This document shows positions 49,454 through 59,018 of a DNA stretch of 64,000 nucleotides, piece after piece. The notes beneath the pieces were generated by a model. That model made no database searches and was not told the origin of the DNA. It saw only the letters and a list, made by a program, of their open reading frames with translations. This stretch comes from an uncultured Bacteroidales bacterium (GTDB lineage: Bacteria > Bacteroidota > Bacteroidia > Bacteroidales > UBA4417). The first letter of the stretch is position 1, and each line of letters starts with the position of its first letter. The stretch lies in assembly GCA_963714825.1 (NCBI GenBank), contig CAVQQF010000009.1, forward strand, positions 81,788 through 145,787, read 5' to 3'. The translations under genes were made by a program, and so were the position numbers.

Positions 49454-50941
49454 TCAGTATTTAGCTTCTCTTTCCTTAGCCTGACGCATCCAGTCGACCA
49501 ATACGGTTTTCTTGAAAACATCTTTATCGGCATTAAGCTTAGCCATATCGAGACCAATGTATTTTTGAGCTTTTGCTTTGGTAGTAATATCAGGATATGG
49601 AACTTCCTGGTTGAATCCTTTCTGAGCTAATAACCTGGCAAGTTTAATCCTTGCCTCCTGGGCATAGGTTAATCCGTGGCCCAGCACCCTACCCATTTCG
49701 ATTGGAGCATGGAAGGAGCCGCCATGACTGGCTGCCACAAAATCCCAGCGCCATTGCGATTTCCTGATATCCTGCAGAATAGCTTTCATTTCAGCATCCG
49801 TTGCGCCCAGCGACCAGGCTTTGCCGGCTTCAACATGCGCACGAACCAGCAGTTCTTCAAGTTTATCACGGTTTTCAATAATTTTATCCTGCCGATCGAA
49901 AACATTTGCAATTAATGTAGCAGCCTCTTCGCGATGGCATACCTGGCACGAATTGGCTATGTTGTTGAGCGGGCTTTGGATATGATGATCGGTAAATTTC
50001 TGACCTCCTTCGCTTTTATATGGCATATGGCAATCGGCACAGGCTACACCCCTCTGACCATGGATACCCAGCATAAATGTTTCGTATTCAGGATGCTGGG
50101 CTTTGAGCATGGGTGCTTTGCTGATACTATGTGTCCAGTCGGTGAAGTTGTAACTATCGTAATACTCTTCGATTTGTTCGGCAGTAAATCCCTTATCCCA
50201 GGGGAATGTCAGGTAGGGTGTTCCCTCCACTTTTGTTTTATCGAAATAATATTCGACATGGCATTGAGCACAAACCAGCGATCGCATTTCCTGGTGAGTG
50301 GCTTTGGTGATATCCTTACCCTGTCGTTCGAAAGCCTCGATAAGTGCAGGGCGGGTAATTGCCAGGTTCATGGTTTGGGGATCGTGGCAATCGGCGCAGC
50401 CAATTGGATTAACAATTTCGGGACCTTTTGTTTCCCATCCGCCTTTATAAAATTCGGAAGGAGTCATTTTGCCTAATAAACGGGTTACATCAGGACTTTT
50501 ACAGCTCCAGCAGGTATTAGGCATAGGGCTTGGATTACCCTCAGAGGGTGCTCCGGTGCGCAGCGTATTCGTAATATCCTCAACAGCATAGTAATGCCCG
50601 CGTCCTTGTTTATAGTCCTTCGAAAAACCATATCCTGCCCATAAAACCACCAGTCGCGGATCGACCTCAAGCATATCGATTACAGCGCTCCCGTTGTACT
50701 TGCTACGGAAACTTGTATCAAGAGTCTGGATGTACGATTGATATTGGCGGGGGAAATTCTTACCCCATTCAGCGTTGCGTGGTTCGCCTTGCTTCAGCTC
50801 AACCATAGGTTTATAAACGAATTCTTTTTCGGCACGACGGTTCGTAATTGACGAAGCCAGCATACCTAAAAGGAATACTACTACTACGGTTCCGATAAAG
50901 AGAAGCCAGTAAAACAGGGGTCGACGTTTGTTGTTTTCCAT
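49454..50941 (-). CDS. nrfA: Ammonia-forming cytochrome c nitrite reductase
   Basis: CWSCK active-site heme plus four CxxCH; LWAGYGF; KAQHPEYE; ASHG. Confidence 0.96.
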   Translation of the reverse strand: MENNKRRPLFYWLLFIGTVVVVFLLGMLASSITNRRAEKEFVYKPMVELKQGEPRNAEWGKNFPRQYQSYIQTLDTSFRSKYNGSAVIDMLEVDPRLVVLWAGYGFSKDYKQGRGHYYAVEDITNTLRTGAPSEGNPSPMPNTCWSCKSPDVTRLLGKMTPSEFYKGGWETKGPEIVNPIGCADCHDPQTMNLAITRPALIEAFERQGKDITKATHQEMRSLVCAQCHVEYYFDKTKVEGTPYLTFPWDKGFTAEQIEEYYDSYNFTDWTHSISKAPMLKAQHPEYETFMLGIHGQRGVACADCHMPYKSEGGQKFTDHHIQSPLNNIANSCQVCHREEAATLIANVFDRQDKIIENRDKLEELLVRAHVEAGKAWSLGATDAEMKAILQDIRKSQWRWDFVAASHGGSFHAPIEMGRVLGHGLTYAQEARIKLARLLAQKGFNQEVPYPDITTKAKAQKYIGLDMAKLNADKDVFKKTVLVDWMRQAKEREAKY

Positions 50942-50952
50942 GATAGTTTGAA

Positions 50953-51552
50953 TTATTTGTTGTTTTGTTTGTCCATAAAATTACGAAGCCATTGGGGCAC
51001 GGGATTCTCAAGTTGTGGTACCCTTGCATTCGGTGTAGCCGAAAGGCTGTTAACCCTTCCATGCGGTGTTTCGCGATGGCAATCCCAACATTCGCGCCCG
51101 GTGCGGGTGGTATAGTAATAGGAATGAAATATTGTCTGCATCTGCGGGTCTTCGAGCAACTTCCCGTGGCAACGGACGCAGTTTTTGTGCACTACCTCGC
51201 GGCCGGCATCCTTGATTTGAATAACCTGTGGCTCAAGTCGTAAGGTAAACATATAGGAGTGGCGCATGCCATCCTTAGCCTTAAAAAAGTACTTGTTGAA
51301 AACATTGTTGTGCGGAACATGGCAATCGTTGCAATTGGCAACCTCGCGGTGCGAACTGTGTTGCCACGATGCATACTGCGAATTCATTACATGACAGTTG
51401 ATACAGGTTTCGGGATCGTCGGAGAGATACGATGCAGCGTTAGCTATTTTGAAAATGTAGAATCCCATCCCCACTATAACACCCAGAAGCACAATAACGG
51501 TCAATTTCCATTCGCCGGGTGGTATTAAACTGAAAATGATTTTTTTTATCAT
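50953..51552 (-). CDS. nrfH: Tetraheme quinol dehydrogenase subunit
   Basis: N-terminal TM; CINCH, CNDCH, CVRCH, CWDCH. Confidence 0.95.
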   Translation of the reverse strand: MIKKIIFSLIPPGEWKLTVIVLLGVIVGMGFYIFKIANAASYLSDDPETCINCHVMNSQYASWQHSSHREVANCNDCHVPHNNVFNKYFFKAKDGMRHSYMFTLRLEPQVIQIKDAGREVVHKNCVRCHGKLLEDPQMQTIFHSYYYTTRTGRECWDCHRETPHGRVNSLSATPNARVPQLENPVPQWLRNFMDKQNNK

Positions 51553-51563
51553 ACCATAAAGTA

Positions 51564-52841
51564 TTATTTCTCTGATTTGAAGAACACCGGATTAAAGGTA
51601 AGCATAATCCATGTCCAGTTCTGTATATTATCACGGTTACCGCCTTTGAGTGCCTGCAGGGTTTCGGTTGCAAACATTTGTGAATAGCCGCAGGCTATGC
51701 TCATTTCGGGCGTAACAGCATACGAAAGCAGAATTCCTGCTTCGGTGCCAAGTCCGGCACTCATTGTTTTTGTTGGGTTGGCGGCATCTTTAACATTTGC
51801 TGCTGCCTGGTAATAATGCAGCTGAAACTCGGCTGAAAGCTTATCCTTTTTATAATTTACAGGTAAATATACATCGATTAATCCAACTCCTTTGTGTGAG
51901 CTACCGGCATAGAAATAATCCATCCATCCGTTAAATTTATGCCCGGTTCCGAACAGTGTCGAGAATTCGTGATCCTTTGCATCAGCATTTAGCTGGTCGT
52001 TGCCTGTAAAATACTGGAACCCGGCACCAACGGTAAACTTGTTTAACGAATATCCCAGGTCGCCACCTGCATACCAGGCTTCTTTATCGATATTTTTAGC
52101 ATTTTTACCAAGCTGGTAATAGGAAGCCAGGTTTATTTTCAGATTGTTCTTTTTATAGGTAAGGTAAGGTCCAAAAGTCTGGGTGTACCTGATTTCCTGC
52201 TTAGGATCATTTTCGCCAACATTAACCATAAAAGGAAATCCGGTATTTGCAAAGAGCATGCTGACCGCCAGGTTTTTAAACTCGTGATGAGCCCATACAT
52301 ATTGAAGAGCCTTATAATTATTCAGCGAATAAAAATTACCGGTATCCTTATCGATATTCTGGTTGTAAGCAAAACCGGCATGAACTGAAGTTGTTTTTGA
52401 TGGCGTATATTTCAGCAATAATGCTTCGTGGCTGCGGGCCTGCTGATTCCACTCTGAACCACCAAACAGCCGTTGGTCGTCATACACAATACCCTGTCGG
52501 CCTGCTTTTACTGAGAATTTTTTGGAAAGAAATAACTCGCCCCATGCCTGGTGAACCATCATACCATTTAAATCGGATTTATTAGCTGTTGATACGTCAC
52601 CCCATACCCTGACATCCTGAACGGAAATCACCGATTTGAAGATTTTTGATGAATAGTTCAAATTCAACCTGGTTCGCTGTGTGGTGGAAAAAGCGGGTTC
52701 AACATTATCGCCTATCAGCGAATGGTATCCATTCCTGTATTCGGCCCTGGGCCTGACCTGACCGTTCATTTCGAACGTTTGTGCTATTCCTGCTAAAGGC
52801 AGCAATACGACTGCCATGAAGATTGTGTAAAATAATTTCAT
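51564..52841 (-). CDS. Alginate-export (AlgE-like) family outer-membrane porin
   Basis: RPRAEYRNG, QRTRL, QDVRVWG, GRQ..YDDQR.FG...W, GTGHKFNGWMDYF. Confidence 0.8.
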   Translation of the reverse strand: MKLFYTIFMAVVLLPLAGIAQTFEMNGQVRPRAEYRNGYHSLIGDNVEPAFSTTQRTRLNLNYSSKIFKSVISVQDVRVWGDVSTANKSDLNGMMVHQAWGELFLSKKFSVKAGRQGIVYDDQRLFGGSEWNQQARSHEALLLKYTPSKTTSVHAGFAYNQNIDKDTGNFYSLNNYKALQYVWAHHEFKNLAVSMLFANTGFPFMVNVGENDPKQEIRYTQTFGPYLTYKKNNLKINLASYYQLGKNAKNIDKEAWYAGGDLGYSLNKFTVGAGFQYFTGNDQLNADAKDHEFSTLFGTGHKFNGWMDYFYAGSSHKGVGLIDVYLPVNYKKDKLSAEFQLHYYQAAANVKDAANPTKTMSAGLGTEAGILLSYAVTPEMSIACGYSQMFATETLQALKGGNRDNIQNWTWIMLTFNPVFFKSEK

Positions 52842-52875
52842 AATTTAGGTATAGTAGTACTTGTTTTCCTTATTG

Positions 52876-52883
52876 CAAAAATA
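52876..52883 (-). promoter_or_regulatory. Bacteroidota -7 box for porin-nrfHA
   Basis: TATTTTTG on minus strand about 35 bp upstream of the start. Confidence 0.55.
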
Positions 52884-52942
52884 TTACTAATTCCATAAAA
52901 TCCAACCGAAAGGTGCTATTTTTTTTGTTTCTAAATAACAAT

Positions 52943-52974
52943 AAAAAAACCGGACTATCAATTTGACAATCCGG
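52943..52974 (-). terminator. Intrinsic terminator of the suf operon
   Basis: Minus strand ccggattgtcaa-a-ttgatagtccgg followed by T7. Confidence 0.75.
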
Positions 52975-52998
52975 CCTTTATATGTGGGCAAATTTCTA

Positions 52999-53322
52999 TT
53001 ATAAGAATCCTAATTCCAGCATTCCCGATTCGCTGATCATTTCCCTTTCCCAGGGAGGCTCAAAAGTAAGGGTGATTTTAGCATCGGTAACGCCCTCGGT
53101 ATTTTTAACTTTTTCGTGCACTTCTATGGGCATGCTTTCGGCTACCGGGCAATTCGGCGAAGTAAGTGTCATGCGGATATGTGCCACAAAATCATCGTCG
53201 ATCTCGATGGTATAAATAAGCCCGAGGTCATAAATATTCACAGGGATTTCGGGGTCGTAAATGGTTTTTATAACCTGAACAATTCTTTCGGAAAGTATGT
53301 CTTTTTCTATTTGTTTGCGCAT
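52999..53322 (-). CDS. sufT: DUF59/SufT Fe-S assembly protein
   Basis: IYDPEIPVNIYDLGLIY, MTLTSPNCP, TFEPPW. Confidence 0.88.
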   Translation of the reverse strand: MRKQIEKDILSERIVQVIKTIYDPEIPVNIYDLGLIYTIEIDDDFVAHIRMTLTSPNCPVAESMPIEVHEKVKNTEGVTDAKITLTFEPPWEREMISESGMLELGFL

Positions 53323-53338
53323 TTTCTTAAGGGGTTGG

Positions 53339-53358
53339 GTCCCGATAGCTATCGGGAT
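53339..53358 (-). repeat. 20-bp palindromic element, copy 2
   Basis: GTCCCGATAGCTATCGGGAT is the reverse complement of 16067-16086. Confidence 0.85.
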
Positions 53359-53400
53359 GGGCTTTAGGGGTTGAAAATCATATCAACTTTATAGTCAAAA

Positions 53401-53829
53401 TCAGGAATTTTTTTCCTTTACCTGGTAGGCAAAAGCATACAGTTTAATTTGTTTTACCATCGAAAGAAGCCCGTTGCTCCGGGTGGGTGAAAGATTTTCG
53501 CGCAAGCCAAGTTTATCGAGGAAAGTAGTTTCGGCTTCGACAATTTCGGTTGGCGTATGCCCCGAAAATACACGAATGAGCAGGTAGGCAATGCCTTTGG
53601 TTATTACGGCATCGCTGTCGGCAGTAAAATAGATAAGACCATCGCGGTATTCGGAACTGAGCCAAACCCTCGACTGACAGCCTACGATAAGGTTAGCATC
53701 GGTCTTTTGTGTTTCATCAATCAAAGGTACCGAGCGACCCATTTCGATCAGGTAATTGTATTTGTCCATCCAGTCGTCGAACTGGTTAAATTCAGTGATA
53801 ATCTGCTCTATATTTTCGGTGATAGTCAT
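53401..53829 (-). CDS. sufE: Cysteine desulfuration protein SufE
   Basis: DWMDKYNYLIEMG, GCQSRVW, ADSDA.ITKG, LSPTRSNGL. Confidence 0.93.
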   Translation of the reverse strand: MTITENIEQIITEFNQFDDWMDKYNYLIEMGRSVPLIDETQKTDANLIVGCQSRVWLSSEYRDGLIYFTADSDAVITKGIAYLLIRVFSGHTPTEIVEAETTFLDKLGLRENLSPTRSNGLLSMVKQIKLYAFAYQVKEKNS

Positions 53830-53855
53830 GGATATCGTTCTGTTTTGAATCAAAG

Positions 53856-55091
53856 TTATGCAAAAAGCGTTTTCACCCGACGAATAGCTTCGATCATATT
53901 ATCGATTTCCTGCCGGGTATTATAAAAAGCCATTGAAGCACGCAAGGTACCACTTATTCCGAAAATATCCATTAAAGGTTGTGTACAATGTGTACCTGTT
54001 CTTACGGCTATGCCCATATGATCGAGGATGGTTCCGGCATCGTAAAAGTGAATTCCATCGATCAGAAACGAAACTATGGCTGCCTTATGAGCCGATGTTC
54101 CGACAATTTTCATGCCTTCAATCTCCATCAGGCGCGATGTGGCATAATGCAGAAGATCATTTTCCTGCGAAGTAATAAAATCCCAACCTACATGTTCGAG
54201 GTAATCGATAGCAGCACCGAGCCCCATAACATCGGCAACATTGGGCGTTCCGGCTTCGAATTTATACGGTATTTCGTTGAAAGTTGTTTTTGCAAAAGTA
54301 ACCTTCTCAATCATTTCGCCACCCAGCTGGTAAGGCTGCATTTGTTCAAGCCACGAGCTTTTCCCATACAAACCGCCAATACCCATAGGACCATACATTT
54401 TATGCGACGAAAAGGCATAAAAATCGCAACCAAGCGCCTGTACATCAACAGGTCCGTGCGATAATCCCTGGGCTCCATCCACAAAAACGGGGATATTCAA
54501 GACTTGCGCCATATCAACAATTTTCCGGATAGGGTTAATTGTGCCCAATGTATTGGAAATATGACTGATGGCAATCATTTTTGTATGCTCATTCATAAGT
54601 TCAGCCAAGCATTTCGAGGTTTAATTCACCTTCGGGTGTTACAGGAATTACTTTGAGATGTGCTCCCTTTACGTTCGCAGGCCATTTGCCAGGGAACAAT
54701 ATTGGAATGATGATCGAGTTCGGAAATAATAATTTCGTCGCCGGCTTTCAGAAAAGTTTCGGTAAACGAACAGGCAACCAGGTTTATGGCTTCGGTTGCT
54801 CCACGCGTAAAAATAATTTCTCTGGCATTGCCCGCATTTACAAAAGTGGCTAGCTTTTTTACGCACATTTTCAAAAGCTTCAGTTGCTGATTGGCTAAGA
54901 TAATGAACTCCGCGGTGTACATTGGCATTATCGTTGAGGTAATAATTGCTGATGGCTTCAATTACAGATTTTGGTTTCTGAGTAGTGGCGGCATTATCGA
55001 AGTAAACGAGTGGCTTACCATATACACTACGCGACAGTATAGGGAAATCATCCCTAACCGATTGAATTTTTTGTGCTGAAATTGTATCCAT
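53856..55091 (-). CDS. sufS: Cysteine desulfurase SufS; three +1 frameshifts
   Basis: [55 protein letters not shown]. Breaks at T6 54855-54860, C3 54665-54667 and C2 54605-54606. Confidence 0.92.
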
Positions 55092-55103
55092 CAGGGCCTG
55101 CTA

Positions 55104-56525
55104 TCAAATTTTAGTAATATCAATGGCAAATTCAACTTTCTGATGTTCGTGCGTGCTGCAATTCAACACACATTGTTCGCATTGCGAAAGTTCGCCACGC
55201 AGGCGTTTCTTTACCATATCGTCCATGCGCAAACGCAATTCGGGTATAGATATTTTGTTAATAACCTCCGCTGCGAAAGCATACATCAGCAGAATTTTTG
55301 CATTTACCTCGCTGATACCCCGGGAGCGGATGTAAAACAATGCCTCGGTATCAAGCTGTCCGATAGTTGCTCCATGACTGCATTTTACATCGTCGGCATA
55401 AATTTCGAGGAAGGGTTTGGTATCGATACTCGCCTTATCGGTAAGCAATATGTTTTTATTGGTCTGAAAAGCATTGGTTTGCTGCGCATCGCGGTGCACG
55501 TTGATATGACCGTTGAATACTCCGCTTGCATGATCGTCGAGCACACCTTTGAACAGCTCCCGGCTTTCGCATTGTGGTGCCGCATGATTTATATACACCT
55601 GGTTATCAACATGCTGGTAGCGATCCATCAGGTACAATCCATACACTTCGGCATTGCTGTGTTTCCCGCTCATAGTAACATGCGAAAGATTCCGGATCAA
55701 TCCTCCGTTGAGGCTGATAGCATTGGTCGACAGGTTACTGCCTTCGTCCTGGTAAAAATACATGGAATTGATCAGCGTGGTGTGATCATCCTTATTCTGC
55801 ATTTTATAATGATCGAGCGAGGAATTACGCCCGATTTTTACTTCGGTAACTGTATTGATAAACGAAACATCATGATTGATGGAATCGTCGCACTGTACCA
55901 GTCGCAGGTGGCTGTTTTCGCCTAAAATAACCAGGTTTCGGGTATTCAGAAACAGGTTTTGTTTAAAATCGGTGATATTCACCATTTGAACATTCTGTTC
56001 AACGGTAACATTATCAGGGACATATATAAAAATACCATCCTGAGCCATGGCCGTATTTAAAGCTGTGAGGCTTTCGGCTGAATCGTCGGCATATTTCCCG
56101 AAGTGTTCACTGATAATTTCGGGATACCTGCTGAATGCTGCAGCCAGGCTACCAATGATCATCCCATTCGGATAAACATTGATGAGGTTTTTCCTGTCGG
56201 CATACCAGCCGTTGAGCTGCGACACCAGCAAGGTTTCGAAATGCGGAACATCGCATTTGAAAATTTTATCAATATCGAGGTCGGCTGATGGCGGCTCGGG
56301 GAAAGCATGGTACTCATGATTCAAAGCACGGGTAAGGTCGGTACTTCGCCAGCGTTCGAGGGCTGCATGCGGAAAACCTGCTTTGTTAAATAAAGCATAT
56401 GCCTGTTTGCGTTTAGCGGCAATAAACGGTGTGTCGTTCCTGGTAATATCCTGCTGATGAACAGCAAACATTTGCACCAGGTGTTCTTTTAGATCGTATA
56501 GTGTAGGAACTAATCCAGCTTCCAT
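55104..56525 (-). CDS. sufD: Fe-S assembly protein SufD with Cys-rich C-terminal tail
   Basis: ERWRSTDL, LNTAMAQDG, PFLEIYADDVKCSHGATIG, FYIRSRGI. Confidence 0.93.
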   Translation of the reverse strand: MEAGLVPTLYDLKEHLVQMFAVHQQDITRNDTPFIAAKRKQAYALFNKAGFPHAALERWRSTDLTRALNHEYHAFPEPPSADLDIDKIFKCDVPHFETLLVSQLNGWYADRKNLINVYPNGMIIGSLAAAFSRYPEIISEHFGKYADDSAESLTALNTAMAQDGIFIYVPDNVTVEQNVQMVNITDFKQNLFLNTRNLVILGENSHLRLVQCDDSINHDVSFINTVTEVKIGRNSSLDHYKMQNKDDHTTLINSMYFYQDEGSNLSTNAISLNGGLIRNLSHVTMSGKHSNAEVYGLYLMDRYQHVDNQVYINHAAPQCESRELFKGVLDDHASGVFNGHINVHRDAQQTNAFQTNKNILLTDKASIDTKPFLEIYADDVKCSHGATIGQLDTEALFYIRSRGISEVNAKILLMYAFAAEVINKISIPELRLRMDDMVKKRLRGELSQCEQCVLNCSTHEHQKVEFAIDITKI

Positions 56526-56552
56526 AATTTATTCGGTTTTGTTTTCCTGTAA

Positions 56553-57299
56553 TCAGGATTCATTTTTAATCCATTCGTAGCCTTTTTCTTCGAGCTGAAG
56601 GGCAAGATCTTTACCGCCTGATTTTACAATACACCCATCGAAAAGTACATGAACCACATCGGGCACAATATAATCGAGTAAGCGCTGGTAGTGGGTAATC
56701 ACGATGGTTGCATTATCAGGCCGGCGGAGTTTGTTGACTCCTGAAGCTACTATGCGAAGCGCATCGATATCGAGGCCCGAATCGGTTTCGTCGAGTATAG
56801 CAAGAGCCGGCTCAAGCATTGCCATCTGAAAAATCTCGTTCTTTTTCTTCTCACCACCCGAAAAGCCTTCATTTACCGAGCGGCTGGCAAGTTTCTCGTG
56901 AATGTCGAGCATTTTCTTTTTTGCTTCCATACGGGCCAGGAATTCGGTTGCAGGAACCGGATCGAGACCACGGTATTTACGCTGCTCGTTAAGGGCAGTA
57001 CGCAAAAAATTGGTGATCGAAACACCAGGAATTTCAACCGGGTATTGAAAACCCAAAAACAGGCCTTCGCAGGCACGCTCCTCGGCTGAGAGATCCAGTA
57101 TGTTGCGGCCTCTGAAAATTATTTCGCCTTCGTCGACATCATATCCTTCGCGGCCTGCAATTACATATGCCAGTGTACTTTTACCGGTACCGTTCGGTCC
57201 CATAATAGCGTGTACTTCACCGGCTTTTACGTCGAGGTTAATGCCTTTTAAAATCTGTTTCCCATTAATGGAAACCTTCAGGTTTTTTATGCTTAACAT
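56553..57299 (-). CDS. sufC: Fe-S assembly ATPase SufC
   Basis: [48 protein letters not shown]. Confidence 0.96.
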   Translation of the reverse strand: MLSIKNLKVSINGKQILKGINLDVKAGEVHAIMGPNGTGKSTLAYVIAGREGYDVDEGEIIFRGRNILDLSAEERACEGLFLGFQYPVEIPGVSITNFLRTALNEQRKYRGLDPVPATEFLARMEAKKKMLDIHEKLASRSVNEGFSGGEKKKNEIFQMAMLEPALAILDETDSGLDIDALRIVASGVNKLRRPDNATIVITHYQRLLDYIVPDVVHVLFDGCIVKSGGKDLALQLEEKGYEWIKNES

Positions 57300-57345
57300 T
57301 TGTTGATTGTTGTGGTGTGTAATGTTCTTGTTTCAGGTGTTGGCA

Positions 57346-57371
57346 GGAGACGCAAAGCATTGTGTCTCTAG
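57346..57371 (-). repeat. REP-like hairpin overlapping the sufB stop codon
   Basis: Minus strand cTAGAGACACAATGCTTTGCGTCTCC; stem GAGACACAA / TTGCGTCTC. Confidence 0.5.
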
Positions 57372-58816
57372 CCGACACTGCCTTCGAGACTGATAGCCAG
57401 AAGTTTTTGTGCTTCAACGGCAAATTCCATGGGTAGCTGCTTCAGCACTTCTTTGGCATATCCATTAACTATTAATCCAATAGCACTTTCGGTGCTGATT
57501 CCGCGCTGTTTGCAATAAAACAGCTGGTCGTCCGATATTTTTGATGTAGTGGCTTCGTGCTCAATGATTGATGATTGATTTTCGGCCTTTATGTATGGAT
57601 AAGTATGTGCACCGCATTTATCGCCCAGCAGCAGTGAATCGCATTGCGAAAAATTTCGTGCATTGGAAGCGCGTTTTATCACTTTTACCAATCCGCGGTA
57701 GCTGTTGTTGCTTTGCCCTGCCGAAATACCTTTGGAGATAATAGTACTTTTGGTATTCTTACCAAGGTGAATCATTTTCGAACCGGTATCGGCCTGTTGA
57801 AAATTATTGGTGACAGCCACCGAATAAAATTCCCCGATCGAATGATCGCCCATCAGCACTACACTCGGATATTTCCAGGTAATGGCTGATCCGGTTTCGA
57901 CCTGTGTCCACGATATTTTTGAATGACTGCCTTTGCAAATGCCACGTTTGGTAACGAAATTATAAATTCCGCCTTCACCCTTTTTATTTCCGGGATACCA
58001 GTTCTGCACGGTACTGTATTTCACTTCGGCATCTTTCATAGCCACAATTTCGACGATGGCTGCGTGCAACTGGTTTTCGTCGCGCATGGGTGCGGTGCAG
58101 CCTTCCATATAGCTCACATAGGCTCCCTCGTCGGCAACAATCAGCGTGCGCTCGAACTGACCGGTATTGGCGGCATTAATCCGGAAGTAAGTGGATAACT
58201 CAACCGGGCAACGCACCCCTTTAGGAATGTAGCAAAATGAGCCATCGCTGAAAACTGCCGAATTGAGTGCGGCAAAATAGTTATCGTTACTTGGCACAAC
58301 ACTTCCCATGTATTGTTTAACAAGCTCAGGATGATTTTGAACGGCATCGCTGAACGAACAAAAAATGATACCGTATTTCGAAAGGGTTTCAGTAAAGGTT
58401 GTTTTAACCGATACACTGTCGATAACAGCATCCACGGCAACCCCGCTAAGCATTTTTTGCTCATCGAGCGAAATTCCCAATTTATTAAACGTATCAATTA
58501 ACTCAGGATCAACTTCGTCGAGGCTGGCTAGTTCTTTTTTCTTTTTGGGAGCAGCATAGTAAATGATATCCTCGTATTTGATTGGCGGATGATGCAGGTG
58601 AGCCCAGGTAGGTTCAGTAAGTGTAAGCCAGTGGCGGTAAGCACTAAGTCTGAATTCGAGCATCCATTCAGGTTCATTTTTCTTTGCTGATATAAATCGT
58701 ACTGTATCCTCATTCAGCCCGACAGGCGCAAAATCCATTTCGATATCCGTATGAAAACCATACTTATAATCGCTGTTGGTTACCTCTTCGAGTATGCTGT
58801 TCTGTTCCTTTTCCAT
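57368..58816 (-). CDS. sufB: Fe-S assembly protein SufB
   Basis: [58 protein letters not shown]. Confidence 0.97.
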   Translation of the reverse strand: MEKEQNSILEEVTNSDYKYGFHTDIEMDFAPVGLNEDTVRFISAKKNEPEWMLEFRLSAYRHWLTLTEPTWAHLHHPPIKYEDIIYYAAPKKKKELASLDEVDPELIDTFNKLGISLDEQKMLSGVAVDAVIDSVSVKTTFTETLSKYGIIFCSFSDAVQNHPELVKQYMGSVVPSNDNYFAALNSAVFSDGSFCYIPKGVRCPVELSTYFRINAANTGQFERTLIVADEGAYVSYMEGCTAPMRDENQLHAAIVEIVAMKDAEVKYSTVQNWYPGNKKGEGGIYNFVTKRGICKGSHSKISWTQVETGSAITWKYPSVVLMGDHSIGEFYSVAVTNNFQQADTGSKMIHLGKNTKSTIISKGISAGQSNNSYRGLVKVIKRASNARNFSQCDSLLLGDKCGAHTYPYIKAENQSSIIEHEATTSKISDDQLFYCKQRGISTESAIGLIVNGYAKEVLKQLPMEFAVEAQKLLAISLEGSVG

Positions 58817-58865
58817 TGCCTGGTTTTAGACTTGATTCTTATTTAGTTTAAATAAAAACAGACGG

Positions 58866-58873
58866 CAAAGTTA
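58866..58873 (-). promoter_or_regulatory. Bacteroidota -7 box for the suf operon
   Basis: TAACTTTG on minus strand about 50 bp upstream of sufB. Confidence 0.6.
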
Positions 58874-59018
58874 CTATTTTTAAGTACTCGCATCAGCTTT
58901 TATTGCTAATAAAAACAGTTAAAATGACTGAATGTTTATCAAGTCAGCATATTTCGGACTTTTAATACCGAATTAAACGAAACATGATTCCGCTGTGAGC
59001 AAAATCCTGTATTGTTGA

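Noticed and set aside
53856-55091. Programmed frameshifting or phase variation in sufS, mtnA, manA and others
   Set aside because: Several breaks per gene, in runs as short as 2-3 bases and all +1; sequencing error is the simpler explanation.
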